Source of the DNA: Armatimonadota bacterium
GTDB lineage: Bacteria; Armatimonadota; SYMT01
Direction: 5' to 3'
Length of the DNA stretch: 64,000 nucleotides
Assembly (NCBI GenBank): GCA_046292385.1
Contig: JBKBRF010000012.1
Span: forward strand, 1 to 64,000
This document shows, one piece after another, positions 8,728 to 17,602 of this stretch (positions are counted from its first letter, which is position 1; each line of letters starts with the position of its first letter). A program made the position numbers and the translations under genes. The notes under the pieces were generated by a model. It worked only from the letters and a program-made list of their open reading frames with translations, was not told the DNA's origin and made no database searches.

Positions 8728-10389
8728 CTACCTGGGCTTTCTCGGCAGCAGCCCCTCCCGCATCGCCGTCTGGTAGACGAAGGCGGCCATGATCACGGAG
8801 GCCTGCTTCAGGTCGTCCGCCTGGATCCGCTCGAGCACGTCCATGTTCGAATGGTGCGTCCGGCTGCGGTACTCCAGCGGGTCTTGGATGAACTGGAACC
8901 CCGGTAGTCCGACCGAGTCGAACGGGATGTGGTCGGTCGAGCCGGTGTTGGCGGCGCTGAGGGTGCTGGCGCCCAGGTCCCGGAACGGGGCGAGCCACTC
9001 GCGGAAGATCGGGCGCAGCGCCTCGTTCCCCTGCAGGTAGATGCCCCGGATGCGGCCGGTGCCGTTGTCCAGGTTGTAGTAGGCGGAGAGGCGGTCGTGC
9101 TCCGGCTTGCGCGGCAGCTCCGGCGCGGCGCCTCCCGGGCCGGCGGGTCCGCGGCCGCCGCCGAAGTGCTCCGCCACGTAGGCGCGGGAGCCGTGCAGTC
9201 CCTGCTCCTCTCCGCTCCAGAGCGCGACGCGGATCGTGCGGCGGGGGCGGAGGCCGAGCGACTGCAGGATGCGCACCGCCTCCATGCAGACCGCCACCCC
9301 GGCGCCGTTATCGGTGGCGCCGGTGCCGCCGTGCCACGAGTCGAGGTGCGCGCCGAGCATCACCACCTCGCCGGCGAGGTCGCTGCCGGGGATCTCCCCG
9401 ACGGTGTTGTACTGCATCGGGTCGTCGTCGTGGAAGCGGACCTTGAGCTCCACCTGCAGCCGCGGCGTCTGCCCGTGCTTCAGCATGCGCAGCAGGCGGT
9501 GGTAGTGCTCCACGGCGACCGTCACCTGCGGCGCGGTCTTCGCTTCTTTGCTCCAGGCGGAGATCCGGGTCCCCTCCGGCGCGTCCGCCGGCACCGGCAC
9601 CGACGCCCCCTGCACGAAAAGCGTCCCGCCGTCTCCGCGGCTGCCGGCGTCGACGATCAGCCCTACCCCTTCCTGCACCAGGAAGCGCAGCCGCGCCGCG
9701 GTGAAGCGCGGATTGGGACGCTCCTGGCGCTCCGCCGGACGGGGCACCGGCGGCGGGGCGCTGGTCGGGTTCTCGGCGGGCGGGGTCGCGGGCGGGAGAA
9801 GCCGGCTCTGGCCGACCGCAGCGTTCGCGAGGTCGAGCAGCGCGCTGTCGGAGTACCGCGCCGCCTCCGGCTCGAAGTGGGCAGCTACCTCGCGCGGCGG
9901 CGTTACCAGGACGATCTTGCCCTTCAGCTTGCCGCGGTACTGCTCCAGGTCGGCCTCCGTCTTCGCCTCGAGGTAGACGACGTCGGCCTTCAGCGTGCCG
10001 TTGGTGCCGGGCGACCACGCCTTCGGGTAGGCAATCAGCGGGATCGCCTGCGGCTCCGTCACCTGCATGGAGAACCGCTCCAGCGACCAGCCGCGGCCAA
10101 ACGGCCCCCACGGCTCCAGCTTCGCGTTCTGGAGCCCCCAGCTCGACAGCCGGTCTCGCGTCCACTCATTCGCGCGCTTCATCCCCGGCGAGCCGGTAAG
10201 GCGCGGCCCGATCGCGTCGGTCAGGTATTCCAGCGTCTCCATCACCTGGGAGCGCTGCAGTCCCTCTGCCCGGATCAGGGCGACGGGGTCCGGACCCGGC
10301 CGCTCCGCCGGCCGCTGCGCCTGTGACGGGAGCGCCACGACCCCGGCGGCGAGGAGTGAGAGTGCGGAGAGGAAGGTGCGTCGGTGCAT
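8728..10389 (-). CDS. Secreted M28-family metallopeptidase with PA domain
   Basis: GPRLTGS, GAHLDSW, GATDNG, WSGEEQGL, NLDNG, STDH, THHS; Tat-like HRRTFL signal. Confidence 0.9.
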   Translation of the reverse strand: MHRRTFLSALSLLAAGVVALPSQAQRPAERPGPDPVALIRAEGLQRSQVMETLEYLTDAIGPRLTGSPGMKRANEWTRDRLSSWGLQNAKLEPWGPFGRGWSLERFSMQVTEPQAIPLIAYPKAWSPGTNGTLKADVVYLEAKTEADLEQYRGKLKGKIVLVTPPREVAAHFEPEAARYSDSALLDLANAAVGQSRLLPPATPPAENPTSAPPPVPRPAERQERPNPRFTAARLRFLVQEGVGLIVDAGSRGDGGTLFVQGASVPVPADAPEGTRISAWSKEAKTAPQVTVAVEHYHRLLRMLKHGQTPRLQVELKVRFHDDDPMQYNTVGEIPGSDLAGEVVMLGAHLDSWHGGTGATDNGAGVAVCMEAVRILQSLGLRPRRTIRVALWSGEEQGLHGSRAYVAEHFGGGRGPAGPGGAAPELPRKPEHDRLSAYYNLDNGTGRIRGIYLQGNEALRPIFREWLAPFRDLGASTLSAANTGSTDHIPFDSVGLPGFQFIQDPLEYRSRTHHSNMDVLERIQADDLKQASVIMAAFVYQTAMREGLLPRKPR

Positions 10390-10429
10390 GCGCGGGCCTC
10401 GAAGAGGTGGCTCCAGGCGGAGGGGGACC

Positions 10430-10527
10430 GTTGCAGGTTAGCAAGTTGCAGGTTCCGAACCCCGCTTCCCCGGGGCGCCGACCTGAAACCTGAAACCTGA
10501 AACCTGAAACCTGTCAACCTGCTAACA
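10430..10527. repeat. Inverted arrays, CAGGTT-type left arm and (ACCTGAA)4 right arm
   Basis: GCAGGTTAGCAAGTTGCAGGTT ... ACCTGAAACCTGAAACCTGAAACCTGAAACCTGTCAACCTGCTAAC. Confidence 0.75.
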
Positions 10528-10528
10528 C

Positions 10529-10579
10529 GAAGGGAAGGGCTCCGGCAAACGGTTGCCCGCCGCCGGAGCCCTTCCCTTC
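10529..10579. terminator. 18-bp perfect inverted repeat downstream of rtcB
   Basis: GAAGGGAAGGGCTCCGGC ... GCCGGAGCCCTTCCCTTC; no strong U-tract. Confidence 0.5.
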
Positions 10580-10606
10580 CACCCGAAGGAGCGAGCGATC
10601 CGGAGA

Positions 10607-11977
10607 TCAGTCGCTGCCCTTCAAGCTGGCGATCGGCGTCAGCTCGTACGCCACCCGCGCGAGGCCGGCGGAGACGACGGCGTCGATCACCAGCGCCGAG
10701 TCCTTGTAGCACCCGGGCGATTCGTCGATCGGCACGTCGCCGCCGGCGTTCACCATCACGCCGAGCTCCTGCATCTGCCGGTTCACCCCGCTCTGCGTGA
10801 AGTTGTTCTTCGCCGCGCGGCGGGAGAGCCGGCGCCCGCAGCCGTGGTTCACGCTGAAGAGCGCCTTCTCCGCCCCCGGGAGGGCATAGAGGATGTAGGA
10901 GGTGTCTCCCATGCTGCCCGGGATCAGGATCGGGTGGCCCGTCTCCTCCCACCGGGTCCCCTGCAGCAGCTCGTGCCCCGGCGGCAGCGCGCGGGTGGCC
11001 CCCTTCCGGTGGACCCACCGCTGCTCCCCGTCGGTCTGCGGCTCGAGCTGCGCCAGGTTGTGGCTGATCTCGTACAGCAGCTCCGGCTCCTGCCCGAAGA
11101 CCCGCCGGAACGCCCGCGACACCTCTTCCATGATGATGAGCCGGTTGGCGATCGCGAAGTTCGCCCCGGCCGCCACCGCGTTCCGGTAGCCCTTCCAGTG
11201 CGGGTCGTCCGGCTCGAAGTAGACCGCCTCCGCGCTCACCTTCGGGCCGTCGACCTTCCCGCCGGCGCGCTTTTTCTCCCCCATCAGCCGGCGCCGGCCG
11301 ATCTCGATGAAGTGGCTCGCCAGCCCGTGGCCGAAGCCGCGGCTGCCGGTGTGGATCATCACCACCAGCTTGCCGTTCTGGTCATGCTGCAGCTCGATGA
11401 AGTGGTTCCCGCCGCCCAGGCTGCCGAGCTGGCCGAGGCCACGCCGCAGCGGGTTCTGGGGGATGTCCCAGTCGTCGTCGACCGGGATGTAGTCGCGCTC
11501 GCTGTTGTTCCGGCTGTAGCCCATCGCCTGGGCGCCGCCGCGGACGATCTCCTGGAACCGCTTCTCGTCGACGCTGTAGCCGCTCCCCTTCCCGGTGCCC
11601 ATGCCGACTCGCGACATCACCTCTTCGGAGAACTTGCGGCGCAGGCGGTCGTCCTTGCCCTTTTCCACCGGCACGTCGGAGAGGAGCGCCGCCATGCCGC
11701 AGCCGATGTCGTAGCCGACCGGCGCCTGGCAGAGCGTGCCGTTGGTCGCCATCACGCAGCCGACCGGTACCACGTAGCCGGTGTGCGCGTCCGGAGTCAG
11801 CACCACGTCGATCACGCCCGGGAACTGCGTCGCCGCGCGCGCCTGCTGGAGCACCTCTTCCTCGCACTCCTCGAAGAGCTGCGGGTTCATGAAGATCTTC
11901 ACCGGGACCTTCACGCCCTGCTGGAGGAGGTAATACCCCTCGCCCTTCACTCGCTTGCATTCCTTCTTCAGGCTCAT
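10607..11977 (-). CDS. rtcB: RNA-splicing/repair ligase RtcB
   Basis: PDAHTGY, VGYDIGCG, GSLGGGNHFIE, HTGSRG, HN, HRKGAT, PGSMG, SVNHGCGR, DESPGCYKD. Confidence 0.95.
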   Translation of the reverse strand: MSLKKECKRVKGEGYYLLQQGVKVPVKIFMNPQLFEECEEEVLQQARAATQFPGVIDVVLTPDAHTGYVVPVGCVMATNGTLCQAPVGYDIGCGMAALLSDVPVEKGKDDRLRRKFSEEVMSRVGMGTGKGSGYSVDEKRFQEIVRGGAQAMGYSRNNSERDYIPVDDDWDIPQNPLRRGLGQLGSLGGGNHFIELQHDQNGKLVVMIHTGSRGFGHGLASHFIEIGRRRLMGEKKRAGGKVDGPKVSAEAVYFEPDDPHWKGYRNAVAAGANFAIANRLIIMEEVSRAFRRVFGQEPELLYEISHNLAQLEPQTDGEQRWVHRKGATRALPPGHELLQGTRWEETGHPILIPGSMGDTSYILYALPGAEKALFSVNHGCGRRLSRRAAKNNFTQSGVNRQMQELGVMVNAGGDVPIDESPGCYKDSALVIDAVVSAGLARVAYELTPIASLKGSD

Positions 11978-12732
11978 ACTCCCACTCGCTCTCCTTTGAA
12001 CGACTCCACCTTCTCATAGACCGACACGTGCATCGTGCTCTGGGCGGTAAACGGCTCCCGCCGCCAGCCGCCCCACCGCTCCCGTCTCCGCAGCCCCGCG
12101 AGCCGTGCCATCAGGTCCAGCTCCGACGGCCAGGCATACCGGACCGAAACCGGATAGAGCCGGATCCCCGCCTCCGAGAGCACCACGTGCTGGCTCTCCG
12201 TCCGCTGCTCCACCGGATCGTGGCGCGAGTAATCGAGCATCACCCGGTCCGGCTCCACGCGCCGCGTGTCGGTTAACTGCCCCCGCGTGAACCGCGTCAG
12301 ATCCGGCACGAACACCTCCAGCGCGAAGCACCCGCCCGGCCGCAGGTGGCGCGTCACCGTCTGGAAGCACCGCACCTGCGCCTCCTGCGAGAGCAGCCCG
12401 AAGAAGGTGTTGAACACCACGTAGACCAGCGCGAACGGACCGCCCGCTTCGAACTCGGCGAAGTCCGCAAGCGTCACCGGGATCTCCGTCCCGCCGGGCT
12501 TCTCCCGCAGCCGCTCCACCATCGCCGGAGAGGCATCGACTCCATGCACCTCCATCCCGCGCGCGGCGAGCGGCAGCGCCACCCGGCCGGTGCCGATCCC
12601 CAGCTCCAGCGCCGGGCCCTCGCCGGCCAGCTCCGCCAGCCGCTCCACCATGGCCGGGTCGTGCTCCGTATACCAGTCGTCGTACACCCCCGCGATCCGC
12701 TCGCCGTACGTCGCCGAGTCATACCCATTCAT
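11974..12732 (-). CDS. Class I SAM-dependent methyltransferase
   Basis: ALELGIGTGR motif I, GVDASPAM, HLRPGG; GAGGAGG RBS; stop overlaps rtcB start (ATGA). Confidence 0.92.
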   Translation of the reverse strand: MNGYDSATYGERIAGVYDDWYTEHDPAMVERLAELAGEGPALELGIGTGRVALPLAARGMEVHGVDASPAMVERLREKPGGTEIPVTLADFAEFEAGGPFALVYVVFNTFFGLLSQEAQVRCFQTVTRHLRPGGCFALEVFVPDLTRFTRGQLTDTRRVEPDRVMLDYSRHDPVEQRTESQHVVLSEAGIRLYPVSVRYAWPSELDLMARLAGLRRRERWGGWRREPFTAQSTMHVSVYEKVESFKGERVGV

Positions 12733-12782
12733 CGCGCGTCCTCCTCGTCACGCGGTCTCCGCCGCACTTCGTCGTGCGGTCA

Positions 12783-12820
12783 GAAAACGAAAAGGCCCCG
12801 ACCGCTTCCGGTCGGGGCGC
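12783..12820 (-). terminator. Intrinsic terminator in the leader of methyltransferase-rtcB
   Basis: Minus strand GCCCCGACCG-GAAG-CGGTCGGGGC followed by CTTTTCGTTTT, about 50 nt before the start codon. Confidence 0.85.
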
Positions 12821-12849
12821 CTCCAAAGCTGCAGTGGTGCTCGCTCGAG

Positions 12850-12984
12850 CTACTCTCTGCTGTGGACGCGTCCCCTCCCGGCATCGCCGTTCCCCCGCAC
12901 GGACGCGGAGGCGCTGCCCTGCGGATAACCCGCGAGGCCAGGCGTGGCGGCCGTGATGAGGTTGTGCAGGGCTATGGTCCGCAT
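12850..12984 (-). CDS. Putative leader peptide, 44 aa (MRTIALHNLITAATPGLAGYPQGSASASVRGNGDAGRGRVHSRE)
   Basis: GGGAGA RBS, ATG at 12984, TAG at 12852-12850; lies between a promoter and a terminator. Confidence 0.55.
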   Translation of the reverse strand: MRTIALHNLITAATPGLAGYPQGSASASVRGNGDAGRGRVHSRE

Positions 12985-13031
12985 GGCGGTTCTCCCGACA
13001 CGTCAACAGTCCGAACAGAGCAAGTGGACCC

Positions 13032-13061
13032 AGCATAGAGCGTTGGCCGCCCGGCAGTCAA
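13032..13061 (-). promoter_or_regulatory. Sigma70-type promoter for the leader
   Basis: TTGACT-18 nt-TATGCT on the minus strand. Confidence 0.6.
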
Positions 13062-13156
13062 GCCCCGCCTGCGGGGCTGACGAAATGCGAGTCCGAACGA
13101 ACGCGAAGGCGCGAATCCAGCCGAAGGACGCGATGGGAGCCTGTAGCGGGCCGCCA

Positions 13157-13300
13157 GGCGGTTGAAACCACGGCAACCACGGCACGAAGTCCCCCTTCGG
13201 GGACTAACAAGGCCCAGTTCGGGCGTCCGGAGGACGCTTGGCCGAAGGCCGACCAGCGAGGTACTTCCAGTGCCTCGCGGCTCCGCGGGTATCAACCACC
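13157..13300. repeat. REP/MITE-like palindromic element
   Basis: Imperfect terminal inverted repeats GGCGGTTGAAACCACGG / CCGCGGGTATCAACCACC; internal hairpins AGTCCCC-CTTC-GGGGACT and GGCC-GAA-GGCC. Confidence 0.55.
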
Positions 13301-13604
13301 ACCGCGCTGTTGAGCGAGCCTTCATCGTACGCACGTGGAAGTACAAAGAAACAGGCCGGGCGCGGGTCCCGGCCTGCAGCGATCCCTGCGTACTCACGGT
13401 CGGCAGGCGCCTGCGCGTCTTGACGCGCGCCTCGTTGCCGTACCGCTCGTTCACCACCATTCTCGGCAGCAGGCGCGTCTCTGCCGGAATCCATTTCAAG
13501 CTCGCGTTCGCCTGCCTGCCGTGCGTGGACAGCCGCGAGAGTTCACCGGTAGACTTACGACGCACGGGGACGCTGTCGCATCGCCCCGCCGGAGGAAGGC
13601 CAGG

Positions 13605-14207
13605 ATGACGTTCCAGGAAGCGATCGACCGCCTGCGAGAGCGCACTCACGTCCCGATGTTCGCCGCCGCCACCTGGGACGCGGAGCTGGACCGGGCGCTC
13701 CACGACACGCCGCTGGACCAGCTTTTCGCCGGACAGGAGCTGCGGGACCCGCAGATGGCCGCGGCGGCGGTGGCGGGCATGCATCTCTGGAACGACAACT
13801 TCGGGGCGAGCCACTCGATCTGCCAGGGGATTCCCACCCCCACCGGCAGCTACTGGCACGGGCTGTGCCACCGCCGGGAAGGACACGCCGGCGAGGGGCT
13901 GGACGCGAACCTGAGCAACGCGAAGTACTGGTTCCGCCGTTCGGCCGGGCACCCGGCGTACGAGCCGGTCTACCGCGCCGCCCTGAACGCCCTGGATACC
14001 GGCGGCTCCGGCTTCCGCTGGATCACCGAAACCGCGGACCAGCTCCGCGCCGCCCGCGGCTGGGACCCCGCCGCCATGGCAGACTGGTTCGGCCAGGTAG
14101 AGGCCGGCACCCTCTCCCCGCAAAGCCAGGCGATCCTGGAGGAGATCCAGTGGCGGGAGATCGACGTCCTCGTCGACTGGTGCGTCGAGCGGGCGCTTCG
14201 CGGGTAG
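13605..14207 (+). CDS. Hypothetical protein, conserved-looking
   Basis: GGAGGAAGG upstream of ATG 13605; motif-like SHSICQ...SYWHGLCHRREG...NAKYWFRR. Confidence 0.8.
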   Translation: MTFQEAIDRLRERTHVPMFAAATWDAELDRALHDTPLDQLFAGQELRDPQMAAAAVAGMHLWNDNFGASHSICQGIPTPTGSYWHGLCHRREGHAGEGLDANLSNAKYWFRRSAGHPAYEPVYRAALNALDTGGSGFRWITETADQLRAARGWDPAAMADWFGQVEAGTLSPQSQAILEEIQWREIDVLVDWCVERALRG

Positions 14208-14350
14208 GGGCTCGGGGTCGGGGTATCGGACCGGCCGGGGCCTGCAAGGGTCGCGGCGACCACTGACTGGATCTCCCTGACCGGATCCGGGTGGGTGGGA
14301 CGGACGCGCGCTTTTCGTCAGCCTCTGCCGGGCGGAGTACCGGAGCCGCG

Positions 14351-14379
14351 TTGACACTGCATGGCCTTCCGGTTACGCT
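14351..14379 (+). promoter_or_regulatory. Sigma70-type promoter of the ppa operon
   Basis: TTGACA-17 nt-TACGCT. Confidence 0.65.
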
Positions 14380-14415
14380 ACACGCGTCGGTTCCGCCCCG
14401 GAGAATCCCCGCGTC

Positions 14416-14979
14416 ATGTCCCTGCTCTCGTACCCGATCGGACGCAACGCCCCGGTTGAAGTGCACGCGATTGTCGAGATCCCGAAGGGGAGCTCCAACA
14501 AATATGAGTTCGACCTCCACCACGAGGTGTTCTTCCTCGACCGGGTGCTCTATTCTCCGCTTTACTATCCGTGCGATTACGGCTGGGTCGCCGGCACGCT
14601 CTCGGAAGACGGCGACCCGCTCGATATCCTGGTGCTCGGGAGCCATCCCACCTTTCCCGGCTGCGTGGTGAGCGCGCGGCCGGTGGGCGGCCTGGCGATG
14701 GCCGACGAGCACGGGACCGACTTCAAGGTGCTGGCGGTCTCCTCGCGCGACCCTCGCTTCACCGACGTGCTCGACCTGCAGAGCCTGAATCCGCACCTGC
14801 TGCGGGAGATCGAGCATTTCTTCCGCGTCTATAAGGACCTGGAGCAGAAGGAGACCGACGTTCTCGGCTGGGTCGACCTGTCCGAGACCTACCGGGTAAT
14901 CATCGAATGTCACCAGCGACTCACCGGCCAGACCGTAGAGATGCCGCCGTTCCCGGGCCGCGCGGGGGGCGGTGCGTGA
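14416..14979 (+). CDS. ppa: Soluble inorganic pyrophosphatase, family I
   Basis: EIPKGSSNKYE, DRVL, YPCDYG, DGDPLD, D.K, HFFRVYKDLE. Confidence 0.95.
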   Translation: MSLLSYPIGRNAPVEVHAIVEIPKGSSNKYEFDLHHEVFFLDRVLYSPLYYPCDYGWVAGTLSEDGDPLDILVLGSHPTFPGCVVSARPVGGLAMADEHGTDFKVLAVSSRDPRFTDVLDLQSLNPHLLREIEHFFRVYKDLEQKETDVLGWVDLSETYRVIIECHQRLTGQTVEMPPFPGRAGGGA

Positions 14980-16229
14980 GCGCACGGAGACGGGTGCTCG
15001 GCCTGCTGGCGGGTGCTCTCGCGGGCGCGCTCTGCCTGGCCGGCGGCCCGGCGCGCGCGGGCGAACTGCGCGCGGGCGCGGCGCGAGTGGAGATCACGCC
15101 GCCGGTCGGCACCCCCCTCGGCGGCTACGGCGACCGGAAGGGTGCGGCCTCGACCGGGGTCCACGACCCGATCTTCGCCAAGGCGCTGGTGCTGGACGAC
15201 GGCACCGAGCGGGTGGCGATCCTGACCACCGACCTGGTCGGCACGCACCCGGAGATCGCGCGCCGCGCCGCGGAGGCCGCCGGCCTCCGGCGAGAGCAGC
15301 TGCTGGTCGCCTCCTCCCACACCCACTCCGGACCCGGCGCCTACTGGAAGGGGCCTTTCGCCCAGCTCGTGCTCGGGCCGTACGATCAGAAGGTCCACGA
15401 CCACCTCTCCGACGGGATCACCCGGGCTCTGAAGCAGGCGGTGGCCGCGCTGCAGCCGGCCAAGTTGGCCGTGGGCGAGACGGAGCTCCGGCGCTTCAGC
15501 CGCAACCGCCGCGGGAACCGGATCACCGACCCGGCGCTCACGCTGGTGCGAGTCGACACCGCGGAGGGAAAGCCGCTGGCGGTACTGCTGAACCTGACGG
15601 CGCACGGCACCGTGCTCGACGCCGACAACCTCCAGTTCTCCGGCGACTGGATGGCATTCGCCCAGGCGTACCTGGAGCGAGAGCTGCCCGGCGCGGTGGC
15701 GCTCTACACCAACGGCGCGGAAGGGGATATCTCTCCGAACATCCCGGACAACTCTTCTACCTTCGAGGGCGCCCGCGCGCACGGCGAGATCGGCGGAAAG
15801 GCGGCCATGGAGCTGTACCGTTCCCTCCAGCCGGCCGCGGAGGTGCGGCTGGGGTCGAAGACGGCAACTCTGGAGCTGCCGCAGACGCTGCAGTCGGCGC
15901 TGATCGGCGCGGGCAGCCGCACGCTCATCCAGACCGTGACGATCAACGACGCGCTGCTGATCTCCGTGCCGGGAGAGCCGATCGTGGAGCTGGGCCTCAT
16001 TTTGAAGGAGCATGCCCGCCGCCAGGGGGTGAAGCACCCGGTGATCGTGGGGCTGGCGAACGATCACCTCGGCTACTTCCTCACGCGCGCGGAGATGAAG
16101 AAGGGCGGCTACGAGGCCCGGGTCTCCTTCTTCGGAGAGGGCTTCGGCGAGACGCTCACCCTGGCGATCGCACGGCTAATCGGGGGCGACGCGGCACCGG
16201 TAGAGGCTGCGCTCCGTAAACAGGAGTAG
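14976..16229 (+). CDS. Secreted neutral/alkaline ceramidase-like protein
   Basis: AGAARVEITPP, HDPIFAKALV, SHTHSGP, AHGT, NGAEGDISP, PGEP, GLANDHLGY; GTG overlaps the ppa stop. Confidence 0.8.
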   Translation: MSARRRVLGLLAGALAGALCLAGGPARAGELRAGAARVEITPPVGTPLGGYGDRKGAASTGVHDPIFAKALVLDDGTERVAILTTDLVGTHPEIARRAAEAAGLRREQLLVASSHTHSGPGAYWKGPFAQLVLGPYDQKVHDHLSDGITRALKQAVAALQPAKLAVGETELRRFSRNRRGNRITDPALTLVRVDTAEGKPLAVLLNLTAHGTVLDADNLQFSGDWMAFAQAYLERELPGAVALYTNGAEGDISPNIPDNSSTFEGARAHGEIGGKAAMELYRSLQPAAEVRLGSKTATLELPQTLQSALIGAGSRTLIQTVTINDALLISVPGEPIVELGLILKEHARRQGVKHPVIVGLANDHLGYFLTRAEMKKGGYEARVSFFGEGFGETLTLAIARLIGGDAAPVEAALRKQE

Positions 16230-17587
16230 TGATGACACCTCTTTCCGGAATCCGCTGGCTCCGCGTGCTGCCGCCGCTGCTGGCTCTCGGCTGCGCCCTA
16301 CCGGCGATGGCCGGGGCCAATCTCTCCGAGCGCCTGCAGGACGCCGAGCTGAAGCGAGTGCGCGACGACGTGCGGCGCCACCAGGAGCGCGCCGCGGCTC
16401 CGGCTGCCCGTCCGGAGGCGGGTGCGCTCCTCGACGTGCGCTGCGCGATGCACGTCCACTCCGGCCTTTCGCACGACTCCCGCGGCACGGCGGAGGAGAT
16501 CACCGCCGCGGCGCGCCGGGCGGGCGTACGGGCGGTCTTCATGTCGGAACATCCTACGGAGGATCGCCGCTGGGCCACCGAAGGCCTGCGGGGCGAGCGC
16601 GAAGGCGTGCTCTTCATTCCGGGGGCGGAGCTGAGCGACGGGCTGCTGATCTGGAACGATCCGGGGACCGGCTGGACTCCCGGCATGAAAGTGGGCGAGG
16701 TGCTGCCTCGCGTCTCGAAGGATGCGGTCACCGTAGTCTCCCACGCGGAGCTGCGCGCGGACGATGCCTGGGACCTCCCGCCCTTCACCGGGTTAGAGAT
16801 CTACAATAGCCACGCGGACGCGGAAGACAACAGCTACGAGAAGCTGCTGGCCGACCTCCAGGGCAATCCGCTCAAGCTGTTCACGCTGCTCGGCACCCTG
16901 AAGCGCTATCCGCAGGAGTCCTACGCCGCGATCTTCGACGAGCAGACGGCGATCGTCCGCCGCTGGGACACTCTCAACGCAGCCAACCTGGAGAGTGGGC
17001 GGCGAATGGTAGGGATCGCCGGCAACGACGCCCACCAGAACGTGGGGCTCGCCGTCGTGGCGGCGGAGGAGACACTGGAAGTGCGCGATGCGCTGGGGCA
17101 GGTGCTGCGGGAGGTGCCGAAGAAGAGTGTCCCCGCCTTCCTGCTCGGCCCGCTCACGCCCGGCGCAACCGTGCTCGCTCACACCTTCGATCCGTACGAC
17201 GTGGCGCTCGGATACGTGAGCACGCACCTCCTCGCGGAGAAGGTGGAGCCGGAGGCGCTCTTCACCGCGCTCAGGCAGGGACGGGCCTACGTGGCGTTCG
17301 ACTGGATGGCGGATCCCACCGGCTTCCGGTACGAAGCGCGGACCGGCGACGCGCGCTTCGAAATGGGCGATACGGTGACCCTGGCGAGCCGTCCGGAGCT
17401 GAAGGTGACCACCCCGATCCCAAGTGACCTGCGGGTGCTGTGGAACGGAGCCGAGGTGCACCGCGCTGCCGGCAGTAGCGCCGGCTACACCCCCTCGGAG
17501 CCGGGCGTCTACCGCGTGGAGGCCCGGCTGCGGGTCGCGGGGCAGGACCGTCCCTGGATCTACTCCAACCCGATTTACGTCCGCTAA
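16229..17587 (+). CDS. Secreted PHP-domain metallohydrolase
   Basis: HVHS..SHDS, SEH, GAE, EIYNSH, GNDAH; C-terminal YRVEA...WIYSNPIYV. Confidence 0.75.
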   Translation: MMTPLSGIRWLRVLPPLLALGCALPAMAGANLSERLQDAELKRVRDDVRRHQERAAAPAARPEAGALLDVRCAMHVHSGLSHDSRGTAEEITAAARRAGVRAVFMSEHPTEDRRWATEGLRGEREGVLFIPGAELSDGLLIWNDPGTGWTPGMKVGEVLPRVSKDAVTVVSHAELRADDAWDLPPFTGLEIYNSHADAEDNSYEKLLADLQGNPLKLFTLLGTLKRYPQESYAAIFDEQTAIVRRWDTLNAANLESGRRMVGIAGNDAHQNVGLAVVAAEETLEVRDALGQVLREVPKKSVPAFLLGPLTPGATVLAHTFDPYDVALGYVSTHLLAEKVEPEALFTALRQGRAYVAFDWMADPTGFRYEARTGDARFEMGDTVTLASRPELKVTTPIPSDLRVLWNGAEVHRAAGSSAGYTPSEPGVYRVEARLRVAGQDRPWIYSNPIYVR

Positions 17588-17602
17588 CCCAGAGCTTCAT
17601 TC

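Noticed and set aside
10430..10527. Short repeat arrays as CRISPR
   Set aside because: Units are 6-8 nt with no spacers, and there are no cas genes in the window.
12972..14357. ORFs 12972-14357 (-) and 13162-13608 (+)
   Set aside because: They cross palindromic repeats and, for the first, a real gene on the other strand; composition is not protein-like.
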